Shown piece after piece: positions 40,501-53,569 of a stretch of 64,000 bases of DNA (position 1 is its first letter; each line of letters begins with the position of its first letter). This DNA is from Callorhinchus milii (lineage: Eukaryota): assembly GCF_018977255.1 (NCBI RefSeq), contig NW_024704742.1, positions 91,700,001 through 91,764,000 on the forward strand, written 5' to 3'. A model generated the notes under the pieces. That model did no database searches. It had not been told where the DNA came from and saw only the letters and a list, made by a program, of their open reading frames with translations. Position numbers and translations under genes: made by a program.

Positions 40501-41497
40501 TCTCCTCTCCCGACCCCCACTCTCGTTCCCCACATTCAAGCACATTAAATCTGGCATTAAATCATGGGATAATGGGTGCTGCTATTTGAACGTCAATCCA
40601 ATGTCAGCAAGTACTGATACAGTGCTGTTTAATGTTTGCCTGGAACAAGTTAACACTGTTCTTTTTATTCTAATAAATCCTTACAATGCGTGACTGCATC
40701 AGTTTGCCTGAGAACTTATCTGTAATGAACTATGTTGTGAGCTTAGTAAAGGCCTGGCATTGTTCAGTCAGAGCACAAAGTGCAGGATCTACCTTAAGCA
40801 GGATTCCTAGTGTGCCCATGTTACCATTGGTGTTTCAGAAGTGCAACTGTTCAAATGTACCGTACCTGAGAAGTTAAAAAAAATTGAATGATCTGGGAAA
40901 AGGCTGGAAATTGGGATAAATGAAAAGGACAACTTGGAAAAACAGGTAGCAATTCTGAATGATCTTCTGTGCTAAAAATGTCTTTTGGTCAAATATTGTG
41001 ACATTGCTTAACTAACTGTCGGCCACCATCCACACCCATTAAATTGTTTCTTCGTTTTAAAATTCTGAGGTGAAAAAATTTTGTTTCATTAATGTAATGC
41101 TGAGGAAGGTTATTTTTTATTGCTGAATATTTAATTTCTCGCATTGGTCTGCTTGAGAAGAGGTGAAATGCGTGCTCACCACGTCCAAAACGTAACGTTT
41201 TTCTGATCAGATGGGATAGACCCAAGGTCTCTCTAGGTCAGTGAGTAGAAAAAAATTGCTGACCACAGAATTCAGGCACTCTGAAAATAGACTCTACCCA
41301 CTGAACACAATTGCCAAGCATTTCCTGAGCTGTACAGATGAGTTCCTTTGGCTTGTTGCAGTAACACTGATATCACACACACAAAGTAGTCATTATACCA
41401 TTATAATGATGGGTTGAAAGAATGTTCTATAATAGAGAGGATGAGAATGAAGAAGGCTCTCTGTGTCATTTAGGTTCTCTTTAAGGCATTGAATTGT

Positions 41498-41800
41498 AGA
41501 GTCCTATAGCTCAGTGGTTAAAGCATTCGCTTTGTAAGTGAGAGAACTGGGTTCAATTCCCAGCAGAGTGAAACCTTGGGCAAGTTTACTTACTCCACAC
41601 TCCTGATAATAATCCCTCAAAAAAAAATTGTCATTTCAATCCACGACTGTTTGTGGGACACTGCTGTGTGCAATTGGCTGCCGCATTTCACCAACAAATA
41701 TACAGTCAATTCACTTTACAGTTTATTCTGTGAAGTGCTTTGAGACGTCTAGAAGATGTGAAAAGCACTATATCAAATGCAAGGATTATTATTATTATTA
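41498..41800 (+). mobile_element. tRNA-Ala SINE, short form
   Basis: Full length, TAGAA loop. Confidence 0.9.
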
Positions 41801-41895
41801 ATTTTCAGCTCTGTTTCATCTTGGCTCAGAAATTCAACCCAGTCTTAGCTTGCGAGACCATTTGCCCTGAAAGTATAACATGGTTCAGAATTATG

Positions 41896-41966
41896 GAAAA
41901 TTCTTCATTTGGAAGACAGTTTTCCGCAGTTCTTTAAAAGAACCGGCTTTCAAATTAAGAATTTTC
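41896..41966. repeat. Palindrome core, probably extending to about 41822-42040
   Basis: GAAAATTCTTCATTTGGAAG pairs with CTTTCAAATTAAGAATTTTC. Confidence 0.6.
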
Positions 41967-42601
41967 CACTGCTCTGTCTTAAAATCGTAAGACAAAATGA
42001 TCTTAAAAGACTAACGCTAGGTAAAAATGTTAGAGTTCCGATCTCACCACCCGCCCTGCTGACTCAGGAATCGGTTCTGTTCATTAATGAGATACTTTAA
42101 CCCAATCACTTTAACCGCGATAATAATGTAAGTGTCAGACAGTACTCTGAGCGTGAACCTGAACTTTTTCACATAAACACTAGATAATTCTTCTGTTACC
42201 ACTATCCACACCACCAGCAGAGCCCTTTCAATGCTAACATGCATTTGCACACGTGCAATTGCTTCAGTCACCAGCACAGGTTTTTCTGGCTGTGAATCTC
42301 TGGAGGATATTGGTTTGGATCAGTTAGGCAAATAAAGCACATTCCTCCTCTGCCTCAGACAGGCAGGCTCAAAGCTCAGCGCACCCACAGCCAGAACAAA
42401 ATGTAACTGGACCATCTTATTTACTAAAACATTGTCTTGCTGCAACTAGTTTGGAAACACCTTTCTTAGAAAGACTTAAACAGACTGAAAGCTTATTATT
42501 ATTTAAGAATTAAACAACAAGCTCAGTCCCCTCTATCTTACGAAGTATACTGCTAACTGGTAAAAAGCCTGATTAATCACCATAATTTGCTGATTCGACT
42601 T

Positions 42602-42980
42602 ATAATAATAATAATCCTTGCGTTTGAAATAGCACCTTTCACATCAGAAGGAATCTGAAAGTGCTTCACAGGATTTACTGTAATGTGTAGTGATCATGTG
42701 TTTTGCAGGTGAAAATAGCAGCCAATTTGCGTAGATACAAAAAACAGCCATGAAGCAAGTGGTTAATTTTATTTAAGCGATTGTTGACTAGAACACCAGG
42801 AGAAATTCCCTTCTCCAACATTGCCACAAGATCTTTCATGTCTACCTGCCTCGGTTTAACGACTCAACTGAAAAATGCCATCTCCAGCAAAACAGCACAA
42901 TACAGTATTGTATTTGAATATCAGTCAGGACTGTGAGTTCAAAATCCAGACTTGGAGCTTGAACCCACAGCTTCTGATGC
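42602..42980 (-). mobile_element. Deu-type SINE
   Basis: Tail, core and GAACCCACAGCTTCTGA head remnant. Confidence 0.75.
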
Positions 42981-43121
42981 AGACAAGTGTGGTCAGTGTT
43001 GGAGGCAGAAGGAGAGAAGCCTCTTTCATGTCTCATTCAAAAATGTTACCTCTAGCGCTGCAGAGCAAACTATGTTTACCACCCACCCCCCCCCATCCCC
43101 ATGCCACTGCTAAGGCATGTG

Positions 43122-43198
43122 TTGGTGTCGTCCAACGCCTTGCGACGTCCTCCCGATGTGAAAGGCACTATACAAATGTAATTTTATTGTTGTTGTTA
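43122..43198 (+). mobile_element. L2 tail-only insertion
   Basis: GACGTCCTCCCGATGTGAAAGGC...(TTG)n; TSD GCATGTG at 43115-43121 and 43199-43205. Confidence 0.8.
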
Positions 43199-45418
43199 GC
43201 ATGTGCATTGTGAGGTAGGTGGCCCTCCAAGTCTTAGTAGGTGACATTTAATGTGGTCAACACAAAGCACTAACACAAAGATACTAAAACATTGCAGTAA
43301 CCAATGTCTGCACTCACTACCTCCCCAATCAGATATTATTGAAAAATCCATTAACTCCACTGCTATTTCAGGGAGACACATTACATGAATTGGGTAATAT
43401 TTAATAGAAGCATACAGTTTTTGCTTATCACTTGATTTTGTTTTTTATCACTGACAATTCCGCAGTATAAGGAGTTTCATTAGTCTTTAAATGAGGAATG
43501 AAGGTTTCTCCAGCTTTCACCGGAATTCTGAGTAAGTACAAAAGGAGTAAAGTTTTCTGCAGCTTTCACTGAAAAACTCGGTGGGTAGGCATCAGTTTGC
43601 TCTGAGTGCTTCTACTCAGAGTTCTCTGCAGTTCCCTTGGATGTCATGTTGGACAGTGCTTCGAGCTGTTGGTATCAAATTCAAATGTGCAATTATGGCC
43701 ACGGGACTATTAACTGGAAAAGTGATCCCTGGTGGTGCAAGATTTCTGTGTTGGAGCGAGGTAAGTAAAAGTGACAGGACCTAGGTTCTGCCTTTTAAAA
43801 GCGGATCTGCGAAAATCTGAAATGTGACACATTTGAGCTACAATCGAGCTGGGGGATTGAAGCCAACTTTCCTGCAACAAATCTAATAGCCTTCAGTATG
43901 TTTCCACCCTTTATCTAGTTTATTCCTTCGAATGGCGCACACTTCATTAGAGATTCCCAGAACCTTCCCATTCTTGGCCTGATTGAGCTGACATGATGAA
44001 GCTGCTTCTCTCGGAGCGAGTTGATCTAATTCTAAACTCCCGGCGAGCGCAAAGCTGGGCAGTCAGATGCTTGGTATCATTTACATTTAACTACAACATT
44101 AGTATTCACTTACTGGCAGCAAAGGATTTCATTTGACTGGAAGCCCAGGACTTGGTTGAAGTTAGCAGGGTTATGATGATCAAGTGTGACAGTCTGTGGG
44201 CCCAGCTTTCCCTTGGGCACAGAAGGGCATGAGCTTGGTTGCTGTGGTATAAAAGGCACTTTCCAGATCATGCTCTAAGAAATGGTCTGTCGCCCACCAG
44301 GCAGTACAGTCAGGCCAAAGGGAAGCAAGTGCGAAAGAATATGTCTCAAAAGCGCTTTACAGTTATTAGAATCCTAGAACATTTTAGCAAGGAAAGCAGC
44401 TATTAGGTCCATGCTGGCTCTCCATAAATTATCTGAGTATTGTAACTACCGCTTTACATGTAGCAAAGTCCCACAAACAAACGTCCATGAGGTGAGTGAA
44501 CCAATTATTCTGGAGGCGAGAAGATCAGGAGATCCCATTTTGAATTGTGTTAGTTAACGGCCATCTGATTGGCAGTAAGATGGGAGCTAAGTTTAAAGTC
44601 TCATCTGAAGGGTGGCACGTCTTACAGTGCAAAATTCCCCCAGTGCTGCACTGGAGCATCAGCCTCAACTGATATGGGGCTTCAACTCACAACCTTCTGA
44701 CAGAAGTCTTTGAAGTAGATCTTATGTTTTTGGAAGAATACAATTTTTACGAAAGGTTTCCTGAATGAGCCAGAGCAATAAGCCCAGAGACATAACATTT
44801 GGTCAATTTGCACCCTGTTATATTATAATCGCAACATACTTTACCCCCATCACTTGCCTGTTTTTCAGTCACCATAGAATAAATGTTTCTCTGTAAATGT
44901 AACCGATCAGGCTTTTAGACTGAAAAGCATTTTGATATGTTAATCCTATAGGAAAGTGCTTTGCAAGTGCAAGTTGCCATTGCTGTCGGAAGATCCTGGA
45001 TTCAATTTGTGGTTTGCAATCAGTTAACTGATCTCCATCAGGTTGCAGTGAGGATGCTTCAGTTGGACTCAGTGCCCCTGGCCTTGGGAGGGAAAAGTCA
45101 GCCAGCGCTCACTCCTGATCATTATCTGCTGATCCCCAGCTCCATAGCATGTTCATCAGTCAGGTCAGGACAGGATCAGGCTTGGTTGTGATGTCTCCAA
45201 GGTCAAATAGTCTGCTGACAGTCAATATCTGACCTCAATAATTCTGCATTTTTAAAGGGGAGGTACATTCCTCCTAACTGCCTCAGAAGAGCTGTTAAAC
45301 CAAGGTCACATCTGCCTGTTAATGTGGACCTTGAAAATCCTTGACACTATTTGAAAAGAGAAGCGAGTTTCTCCAGGGGCCTTGGACAACAATCTGCCAG
45401 ATAAATTTCACATTTCAT

Positions 45419-48180
45419 GGAATCATAGAATTCTAGAATTATACAGCACAGATGGAGGCCATTCGGCCCATCGTGTCTGTGCCGGCTCTTTAAAAAGAGC
45501 TATACAAATCAATCCCGCTCCCCGTGCTCTCCCCATAGCCCTATAAACTTGTCCTCTTCAAATAATTATCTATTTCTCTCTTAAAAGCTGTTATCAAATT
45601 GGCTTCCACCACCCTTTCAGGCAATGCATTCCAGATCCAAACAACTTGCTGTGTAAAAAATTTCTCCACACCTCCCCTCTGTTTCTTTTAACAACTATTT
45701 TAAATTGGTGTCCTTGGTTTACCAAAGCACCCACCAGTGGAAATATTTTCTTCTTGTTCACGCTATTGAATCCCCTCATAATTTTGAAAACTTCTATTAA
45801 GTTTCCTCGTAACCTTCTTTGCTCCAAGGAGAATAATCCTAGCTTCTGTAGCCTCTCCTGATAACTGAAGTCCCTCAATCCTGGTAAATCTCCTTTGCAC
45901 CTTCTCCAATGCCTTGACATCCTTCCTAAAGTGTGGGGCACAGAACTGAACACAGTCTCTAGCTGAGGCCTAAGCAGTGTTTTATAAAGGTTCATCATAA
46001 CTTCCTGACTTTTGTATTCTACGCCCCTATTTATAAAGCCTAGTATCCCGTATGCTTTTTTAACAGCTTTATCTCCCTGTCCTGCCACCTTCAAAGATTT
46101 ACTTATATGAATCCTCAGGTTTTTCTGTTCCTTCACCCCTTTAAGATTCTACCATCGGCTTATATTGCCTCTCCTCATTCTTCCTCCCGAAATGCATCAC
46201 TTCGCGTCAGTCCATTTTACCAGTCTGTCTATGTCTGTTTGCAGTCTGCTACTATCCTCCTCACTGTTTACTATTTTTCCTAGCTTAGTATCATCTGCCA
46301 ACTTGGAAATTGTACTCCTGATACCCAAGTCCAGGTCATTTATATAGATCAAGAACAGCAGTGGTCCCAATACTGATACTTGGAGGACACCACTGCACAC
46401 TTCCTTCCAGTCAGAAAAACAACTGTTCACCACTACTCTCCGCTTTCTGTCTCCCAGCCAGTTCTGTATCCAGGCTGCCACTATCTCTTTAATACCGTGG
46501 GCTTCTATTTCGCTTTACCAGTCTCTCATGTGGCACTTTATCAAATGCCTTTTGAAAATCCATATAAACTACATCAATAGCACTACCTGCATCCACCCTT
46601 TCAATTACTTCATCAAAAACTCTATCAGGTTTGTTGGATATGATTTGCCTTTAACAAATCCGTGTTGGCTGTTCTTTATTAACCCAAATTTTTCTAAGTG
46701 AAAATTTATTTTGTCCCAGATTATAGTCTCTAGACGTTTCCCCACTCCTGACGTTAGGCTGACTGGCCTGTAGTTCCCAAGTTTATCCTTCTGTCCCTTT
46801 TTGCACAAGGGAGTAACATTTGCAACCCTCCAGTCCTCTGGCATCACCCCAGTGTCCAAGGAGGATTAAAAGATTGTGGCCAGAGCTTCCATTATTTTCA
46901 CCCTTACTTCCCTCAGTAACCTAGGACCTATCTTGTCCGGAGCGGGTGACTTACCTACCTTGAGAACTGACAACAGTTTTAGTACCTCCTCTCAGTTTAT
47001 TCTTATCTTATCCAATTTCTCTACCCTCTCCTCTAATACTGTGGCATTGGCTGCATCCTCTTCTTTTGTGAAGACAGATGCAAAGTACTCATTCAGTACG
47101 TCAGCCATGCCCTCTGCCTCCACAAGAAGATTTCCTCTTTGGTTCTGATTAGACCCACCCTGCCTTTGACTAACCTTTTATTTTTTATATGCTTATAAAA
47201 TACCTTTTATGTTACCCACTAATCTTTTCTTATGCAATCTCTTTGCCCCTTTTATTTCCTTTTTCAATTCTCCTCTGTACTTTTTATATTCTATTTGATT
47301 ATCTTCTGTATTCTGGACTAGACATTTATCATAAGCCTCCTTTTTCTGCTCCTTATTCATTCAGGGAGGTTTGGGTGCCCTATGTTTCCCCTTTGTGGGA
47401 ATGTATTTGTTCTGTCCCTGAACTATCTCCTCCTTGAAGGCTTCCCACTGTTTGTTAGCTGTTTACCTGCCAATCTGTCTTTCCAGTCCACCTTGGCTAG
47501 GTCCCTTTTTAACTCACTGAAATTAGCCCTCTTCACCTTTGATTGCTCCTTGTCCCTTTCCATAAGTATTCTAAACCTAATGATGTTGTGATCACTGTTG
47601 TTCAGATGCTCTCCTACTGAAACCTGCTCTATTTGCCCCACTTCATTCCCCAGAACTAGATCCAGCACTGCTTCCTTCCTCTTTGGGCTGGAAACATACT
47701 GATCCAGAAAGTTATCCTGCACACATTTCAGGAATCCTTCCCCCTCCTTGACCTTTAGACTGTTATTTGTTAGGATGCTAGTCTATGTTAGGATAATTGA
47801 AGTCCCCCATTATCATTACTCTATTGGTTTTGCATCTTTCTGAAATCTGCTTGTAGATTTGCTCGTCTATCTCCTTCCCATTATTTGGTCGTCTATAGTA
47901 TACACCAAACAAAGTAACAGCTTCCTTTGTGCTCCTTAACTCTAACCATGTAGAATCTGTTTTTGGTCCCTCTAGCACATCGTTCCTTTCCAGGGCCATA
48001 ACCGTGTTTTTAATTAATATTGCCACTCCCCCCATCTCCTTTTTTTCCTTCCCTATCTCTCCTGAATACCAGGAATATTTAGCTCTCATTCCCGTCCTTG
48101 TTTGAGCCGGGTCTCCGTTCTTGCCGCTACATCATAACTCCATGTGGCAAATTGAGCCTGCAGCTCACCAATCTTATTTG
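45419..48180 (-). mobile_element. CR1-clade LINE, 5'-truncated, decayed ORF2 (APE endonuclease + RT)
   Basis: GGVAILIK, MGDFNYPNID, LDLVLGNE..SDHN (EN); NYRPVSLTS, QHGFVKGKS, VLGPLLFLIYINDL, ADDTKL (RT); frameshifts and stops; TSD TTTCAT at 45413-45418 and 48181-48186. Confidence 0.95.
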
Positions 48181-50436
48181 TTTCATCCACAAAATACAAT
48201 CAATCTATTTTACTGTATATTCCGTGAAATGCTTTGATCATCGAATGATGTAATAAGGCACTATGTTAAATACAAGGATTATTATTATAATTTGGTAATT
48301 TTTTTCAAAGCTGTTTGTGAGACATTGCTGAATGCAAATTGGCTGCCAAGTTTGCTTACAAAAACACTTTACCGAACCTTCATGAAGCCTTTTTGTAATG
48401 TTTTGATTTTCTAGGTGCTATAACAAATGTAAGTGTTACGGTTATTTTTATTACTAGTGAAGTTCCTTATTGAAGTGCTCAGTGCCTGTGGAGCTGTAAG
48501 GCAACATAATGAGTGACTTCAGTATGGGAGGAGGGGAGGAACTGTGCCAATCAGTACATTGTGATTCACCAAAAGAACATCACTACAATCAATCCACATC
48601 ACACTGCCCGCCACATCAAAGCAGCAGCGGGTCACTTGTCACATTTACAGATGAGGAAAATATATAGCAGTCACTCAGCTGTGGCAAGAAAATACCAACC
48701 AGGCATTCGAGCTGTCAAAGTTAAAGACAGAAAACAAAACACAGACTTTTTGTCTGAATGAAAATCTTTCACAGTGTTTTTCAAGTGGCTTTCAGACAAC
48801 AATGAGGGCATCTAATTTGCTTCAGTTGTTTGTGTGGTTCCTTAGTAAAGGCTCTGGGTCACAAGGAAGGAATCCATCAGATTATACAGAAGTGCGTCAC
48901 TTACAGGAACACCGAGATTCACTTCCAGGCATGTCGGAAAATAATTCCCCTTGGATCATGTGATATAATTCTTGTTAAGGACAGGATGCTTTATTTTAAG
49001 GTTGCTGCACATCCCCTGTCCCCAGTATCTGTGATTGAGCCTTTAAATATTACACTCCTATGTCTGGAATTCACTCCCTTCTACCCTCTCTGCCTTACCT
49101 CTCTCTTTCTCTGTCTTTAAATCCCATTTTTCCTCTGCTCTACTTGGCTGACTCCGAAATGTTACTCTTCATGAATGACATTATACAAATGCAAGTTGTC
49201 GTTGTTGTAACTCACAGTTGTTATCAAAGAATCCTGTTAAGAAAAGCTGCAAATTAGTTTTCAAAATTTTATTCACATTGAAATAAAAATTTAAAAATCA
49301 CAACTTTCCTCTGCACTTTTGTCTCCTTTGAAAAAATCCTTCATCGGAGCAATTCTTCTGAATATTCAGAAGGAAGGATATTCCTTAGTTGCCTCAGAAA
49401 GATAACACGGAAGTGCATCTCACTGCATCAACCCCACCTTAGGTGCCATGAATTTGGAACTTCGCAAGCCTCAAATCTTTAATCATGATGTAGCTTTGTA
49501 TTCTATACAATGTATTGGCTTCCAGGGTACCTCAAATGAGCAGTAATAAAGAGCAAATCATAAGGTAAAAGGTGGGTTGAGAGACACCACTTGTTCAGGT
49601 GGATGTTAAAGATCCCATGGCACTATTCAAAAAGAGAATGGAGTTTCTTCTGGTGTCCTGGCCAACAATCCTCCAAATAAATTGGTAATTCTCTTCACTG
49701 GCTGCTTGTGGGATCTTACAGTGTAAAAAGTAGTCTCTTTGCTTACAAAAACAGTAAGTGCACATGGCAGTAATCACTGTAAAGAACTCTGAGATGTTAC
49801 CCTGCATGAAAAATAAAAGCAAGTTTATCGTTGTCATTGTACAAAAACACAAATTCTTCCTTTATTACCGTAAGGGTAAGACACTTCCCCTTTAAGGGCC
49901 ACCTTTGGAGATCACAAGCAGCTTCTGCTTGTGTTAAACAGATATTATAGCCTGTGGCCTTGACATTCATTCAACACGTGGGAGTTATCTATTGACTTGT
50001 TTGCAGTCTGCTCTGCTGAGTTACCCACTGAACTTGTTCTGCATAGGATACAAAAATTGGCAGATGTTCAACAACAGCAACAATAACTTATGTAACTCTT
50101 CATGGAGGAGAGCATCTCAAAGGAATTTACACCGATGGAGTGGGAGAACCAACAGGATGTGAATCAGGAAGAGTACGTGGAAGGTGGCAAACAGGACCAT
50201 GGAGAGGCTTTCAGGAAGGTTTTAAAAGTAAAATGAGAAGAAGTGAGGTGGTGGGATTTAGGGACAGAGTTCCAGAAAATGGGGCAAAGTGGCTGAAAGC
50301 TCGTCCACTGATAGCAGAACAGAGAATAGAACTGAGCAGAAATGCCTCAGATTTGTCAATGTCAAGTGGGAGAAAGTTAAGGCTCATCCAGGACTTGATG
50401 TCCGACAGGCAATTTGACAGAATAATATATAATATA

Positions 50437-50680
50437 GTAATATAATAATAAATAATAATAATCCTTGCATTTGATATAACGCTTTTCACGTCTTCTCGAC
50501 GTCTTGAAGCGCTTCACAGAATAGACTGTAAAGTGAATTGACTGTATATTTGTGGGCGAAACGCACCAGCCAATTGCGCACAACAGTGTCCCACAAACAG
50601 TCGTGGATTGAAGTGACCAATTTATTTATTTTTTCTTGAGGGATTATTATCAGGTGTGTGGAGTAAGGAAATTTGCCCAA
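50437..50680 (-). mobile_element. tRNA-Ala SINE, head missing, GAGAA loop
   Basis: Body and tail. Confidence 0.88.
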
Positions 50681-50694
50681 TTTCAATTTTAATT

Positions 50695-51400
50695 TTTAAT
50701 GGTGGGAGAGGAAGGAGCATAGCTGGGAAGTGACAACCTTTTCCAGATCTTTGGAGAGGAAGAATGGGCTGGAGATGGGGTGATAGCTGGAGGGTGTGGT
50801 GGAGCCAAATGGGATTTGTTTAGAAGTAGTTTCATTTTGGTGGTTTTGAAAGGGAGGGTGGAATGTGTCATTGTAAGAGGAGAGGTTCATAACATTGGCT
50901 GGCAGAGTAGGGGCGGTGGGGGCAAGAAGTGTCATTAGAGTGGACAGGAGTTTTTTAGGGATTGGGTCAAGAGAGCAGGTAGGAAGTTTCATGTAAGAGA
51001 TGAAGGAGAAAAGAGATGAGTCAAAGGTGTGAAGTGTGAGTGTTGTCTTGGCAGGAGAAAAACGGGTAAGTGGAGACAGGTACAGAGGAGGTTGAGGAGG
51101 AGTGAGTGAGGAGAGGAGGGTTGAGTGAGCAGAGGTGTGGGGAGTTTGAGGAGAAGGTGAGTGGGGATAGGTGCGGGGAGCTTGAGGATAAGAGGGGTGA
51201 ATGGATTGTTCGAATTTTGACACCAAGAAGTCCATGTCCTTCTCATATTTGGCAGTGGTGAGAATGGAGGGAATGGAAAAAGGTGGACAGAAAATGGGTG
51301 GCAGTGGTGGAGAAGAGGAGCCTGAGGTCGTAATGGTCCTACAGGAAGATCCTGGAATAGAAAGATGGTTTGTAAGTTTGATTATGGTCCAGCCATATTC
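50695..51400 (-). mobile_element. Old L2 ORF2 remnant
   Basis: TCSLDPIPKKLL and YHPIS.PFFLSKDLEKVV motifs typical of the L2 RT N-terminal region. Confidence 0.8.
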
Positions 51401-51449
51401 AGTGATGGGATGTCCTCCAAACGTGAAAAGCGCTATAACAAATGCAAGG

Positions 51450-51483
<34 letters not shown>

Positions 51484-51577
51484 TAGAGCCACATGGAGCG
51501 GTGCCACAAATCCACCTCACTGCTTGATTCTGGATTTTGCAAATGGGCCAGAGGAAGCCACTCCACTGCATACCTGT

Positions 51578-51936
51578 GGAGTCCTGTAGCTCAGTGGTTA
51601 GAGCACTCGCCTCGCAAGCAAAAGGCCTGGGTTTGATTCCCAGCATCCCGAAATGTTGGGCAAGTTTCCTTACTCCACACGCCTCTATTTAGCTAGCAAT
51701 AAGTAGGAACCCGGTTGTTAGTCGACTGGAGGATCGCTTTTCGGGGATAATAATCCCTCAAAAAAAGTCATAATTTGGTCACTCGATCCACGACTGTTTG
51801 TGGGACACTGCTGTGTGCAATTGGCTGCTGTGTTTTGTCCACAATTCACTTTGCAGTATATTCTGTGAAGCGCTTTGAGATGTCTAGAAATGTGAAAAGC
51901 GCTATATCAAATGCAAGGATTACTATTATTATTATT
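51578..51936 (+). mobile_element. tRNA-Ala SINE, long form
   Basis: Head to tail. Confidence 0.9.
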
Positions 51937-51940
51937 CCAC

Positions 51941-52260
51941 CTTGGAGCTCAGAACCATAAAGAAGGATTGTTTGTACACAGGTCTTGTACGCCACAAGCT
52001 TGACCTGCATTGGGATCTTGCTGTACTGGAAAGAGATGAGGTTGACCAGAGTGCTCTTCAGCTCTTCTCAGTGCTGTCCTTCAGCACAGTGTCCAGGCTG
52101 AAGTTGGTGTCCATCCCTCTGTGGTTCTCGGTGTCACTAGGATCTCCCTTCTTGTGCATAAAAAACAAGATTTCACTCTGGAATACTGAGTGAGTGTGTC
52201 CCTCAGAGAGAATCCTGTTGACCAACGCTAGGAGGGCAGTTCCGAGGGAAATTGGGGGTT
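51941..52260 (-). mobile_element. RTE/RTEX-like LINE remnant with the RT core deleted
   Basis: LLALVNRILSEG...MHKKGDPSDTENHRG followed, after a frameshift, by IPMQVKLVAYKTCVQTILLYGSE. Confidence 0.65.
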
Positions 52261-52440
52261 CCTGGCTTGAATCTGTGAGATCCTCACCATTCTCCATCTC
52301 CTCTCCTCTCTCAGAGCAGCTTTCAGGAACTCAGCACTAATACTGTCTGCACCAGCTAACTTGCCATTACGAAGACTCACTCGCATATTTGCATACACCT
52401 TGCAGGACTTCCATGTGGAGCCATAAAGTTCATTTTAATA

Positions 52441-52668
52441 CCTTACAACAATGAAAAAGGAATGCTTTGATAAGGCCTGAGCAAGCATGTCAGAACAGAA
52501 CGGCATTTCATCAGCCACTAACTGCAACCACCCATAAACACAGGAACTGAGAATCTGTGCACTTCTGGTGCTCTTGGGAGGCTGGAGTTAGAAGTTGATG
52601 AAATGCCGCTCTGCTTGAACATGCCTGCTCAGGCCCCTGGCAAAGTGTTCCTTTCTCTTTGTTTAAAG
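52441..52668. repeat. About 225 bp imperfect hairpin element
   Basis: GGCCTGAGCAAGCATGT/ACATGCCTGCTCAGGCC and CGGCATTTCATCA/TGATGAAATGCCG; loop about 10 nt. Confidence 0.8.
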
Positions 52669-52725
52669 AGCTATCAAAATAAACTTGATGGCTCTACATA
52701 GAAGTACTGCAAGGTGTATGCAAAT

Positions 52726-53051
52726 ATAATAATAATAATAATAATCCTTGCATTTGATATAGCGCTTTTCACGTCGGGAGGACGTCCCAAAGCGCTTCAC
52801 AGAGTACACTGTAAAGTGAATTGACTGTATATTTGTGGGCAAACGCGGCAGCCAATTTCGCACAGCAATGTCCCACAAACAGTCGTAGATTGAAAATGAC
52901 CAATTTATTATTGTTTTGGGTTTTGGAGGGATTATTATTAGGCTCTGTGTGGAGTAAGGAAACTTGCCCAAGGTTTCGCCCTCTGCCTGGAATTGAACTC
53001 AGGTCTCTCACTTGCAAAGCGAGTGCTCTAACCACTGAGCCACAGGACTCC
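52726..53051 (-). mobile_element. tRNA-Ala SINE, CTCCC-loop subfamily
   Basis: Full length; very similar to 54272-54592. Confidence 0.93.
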
Positions 53052-53569
53052 ATATGCGAGTGAAGCAGTTACCATTTGTTTGTTAGCTCTCACAGTCCAG
53101 TTTTAGCATTATATAAATATTTCTTCACATTTATTCTGCTTACTCAAACAGTATTGAATGTTTTCCAGGTGCTGTACTGTGTATGATTTAAAATGTAGTT
53201 TTGGAATAAAGGAACACTTCACCAGTTGTTGGAAGTTGTTTTACCTGAAATACAGCTGAGTGAGTGGAGGAATTAAAGGTTGAAGGTTTGCACGTAAATA
53301 TTTTATAGGGATTTATGCAATATTCATGGTGTCCAATTTGTAGTATTTCTCAATAGGACTCGTTGACAAGCAACCTGGGTTCCGCAAATAGGATCTCTTA
53401 CCGGTAACGGGAAGTATGTCCTGAGAACTCATGGGAACTTTGCTCCAAAACAATCTACTTCTAGAGCAGAGATCCTGCAGGTAGATGGAAATTTTAACGG
53501 GTTATTACAAAATGTCACAAATTAGATGCCAGTACAAAAAGAGAAATGCCAGAGGACTCCAATTGTTTA

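Noticed and set aside
43632..43760. Plus-strand candidate exon with a strong GAG/GTAAGT donor
   Set aside because: The acceptor is one of several local degenerate repeats; no recognisable peptide or partner exons
50696..51646. 316 aa ORF, the longest in the track
   Set aside because: Chance read-through across a SINE head, a (TAA)n tail and a decayed L2
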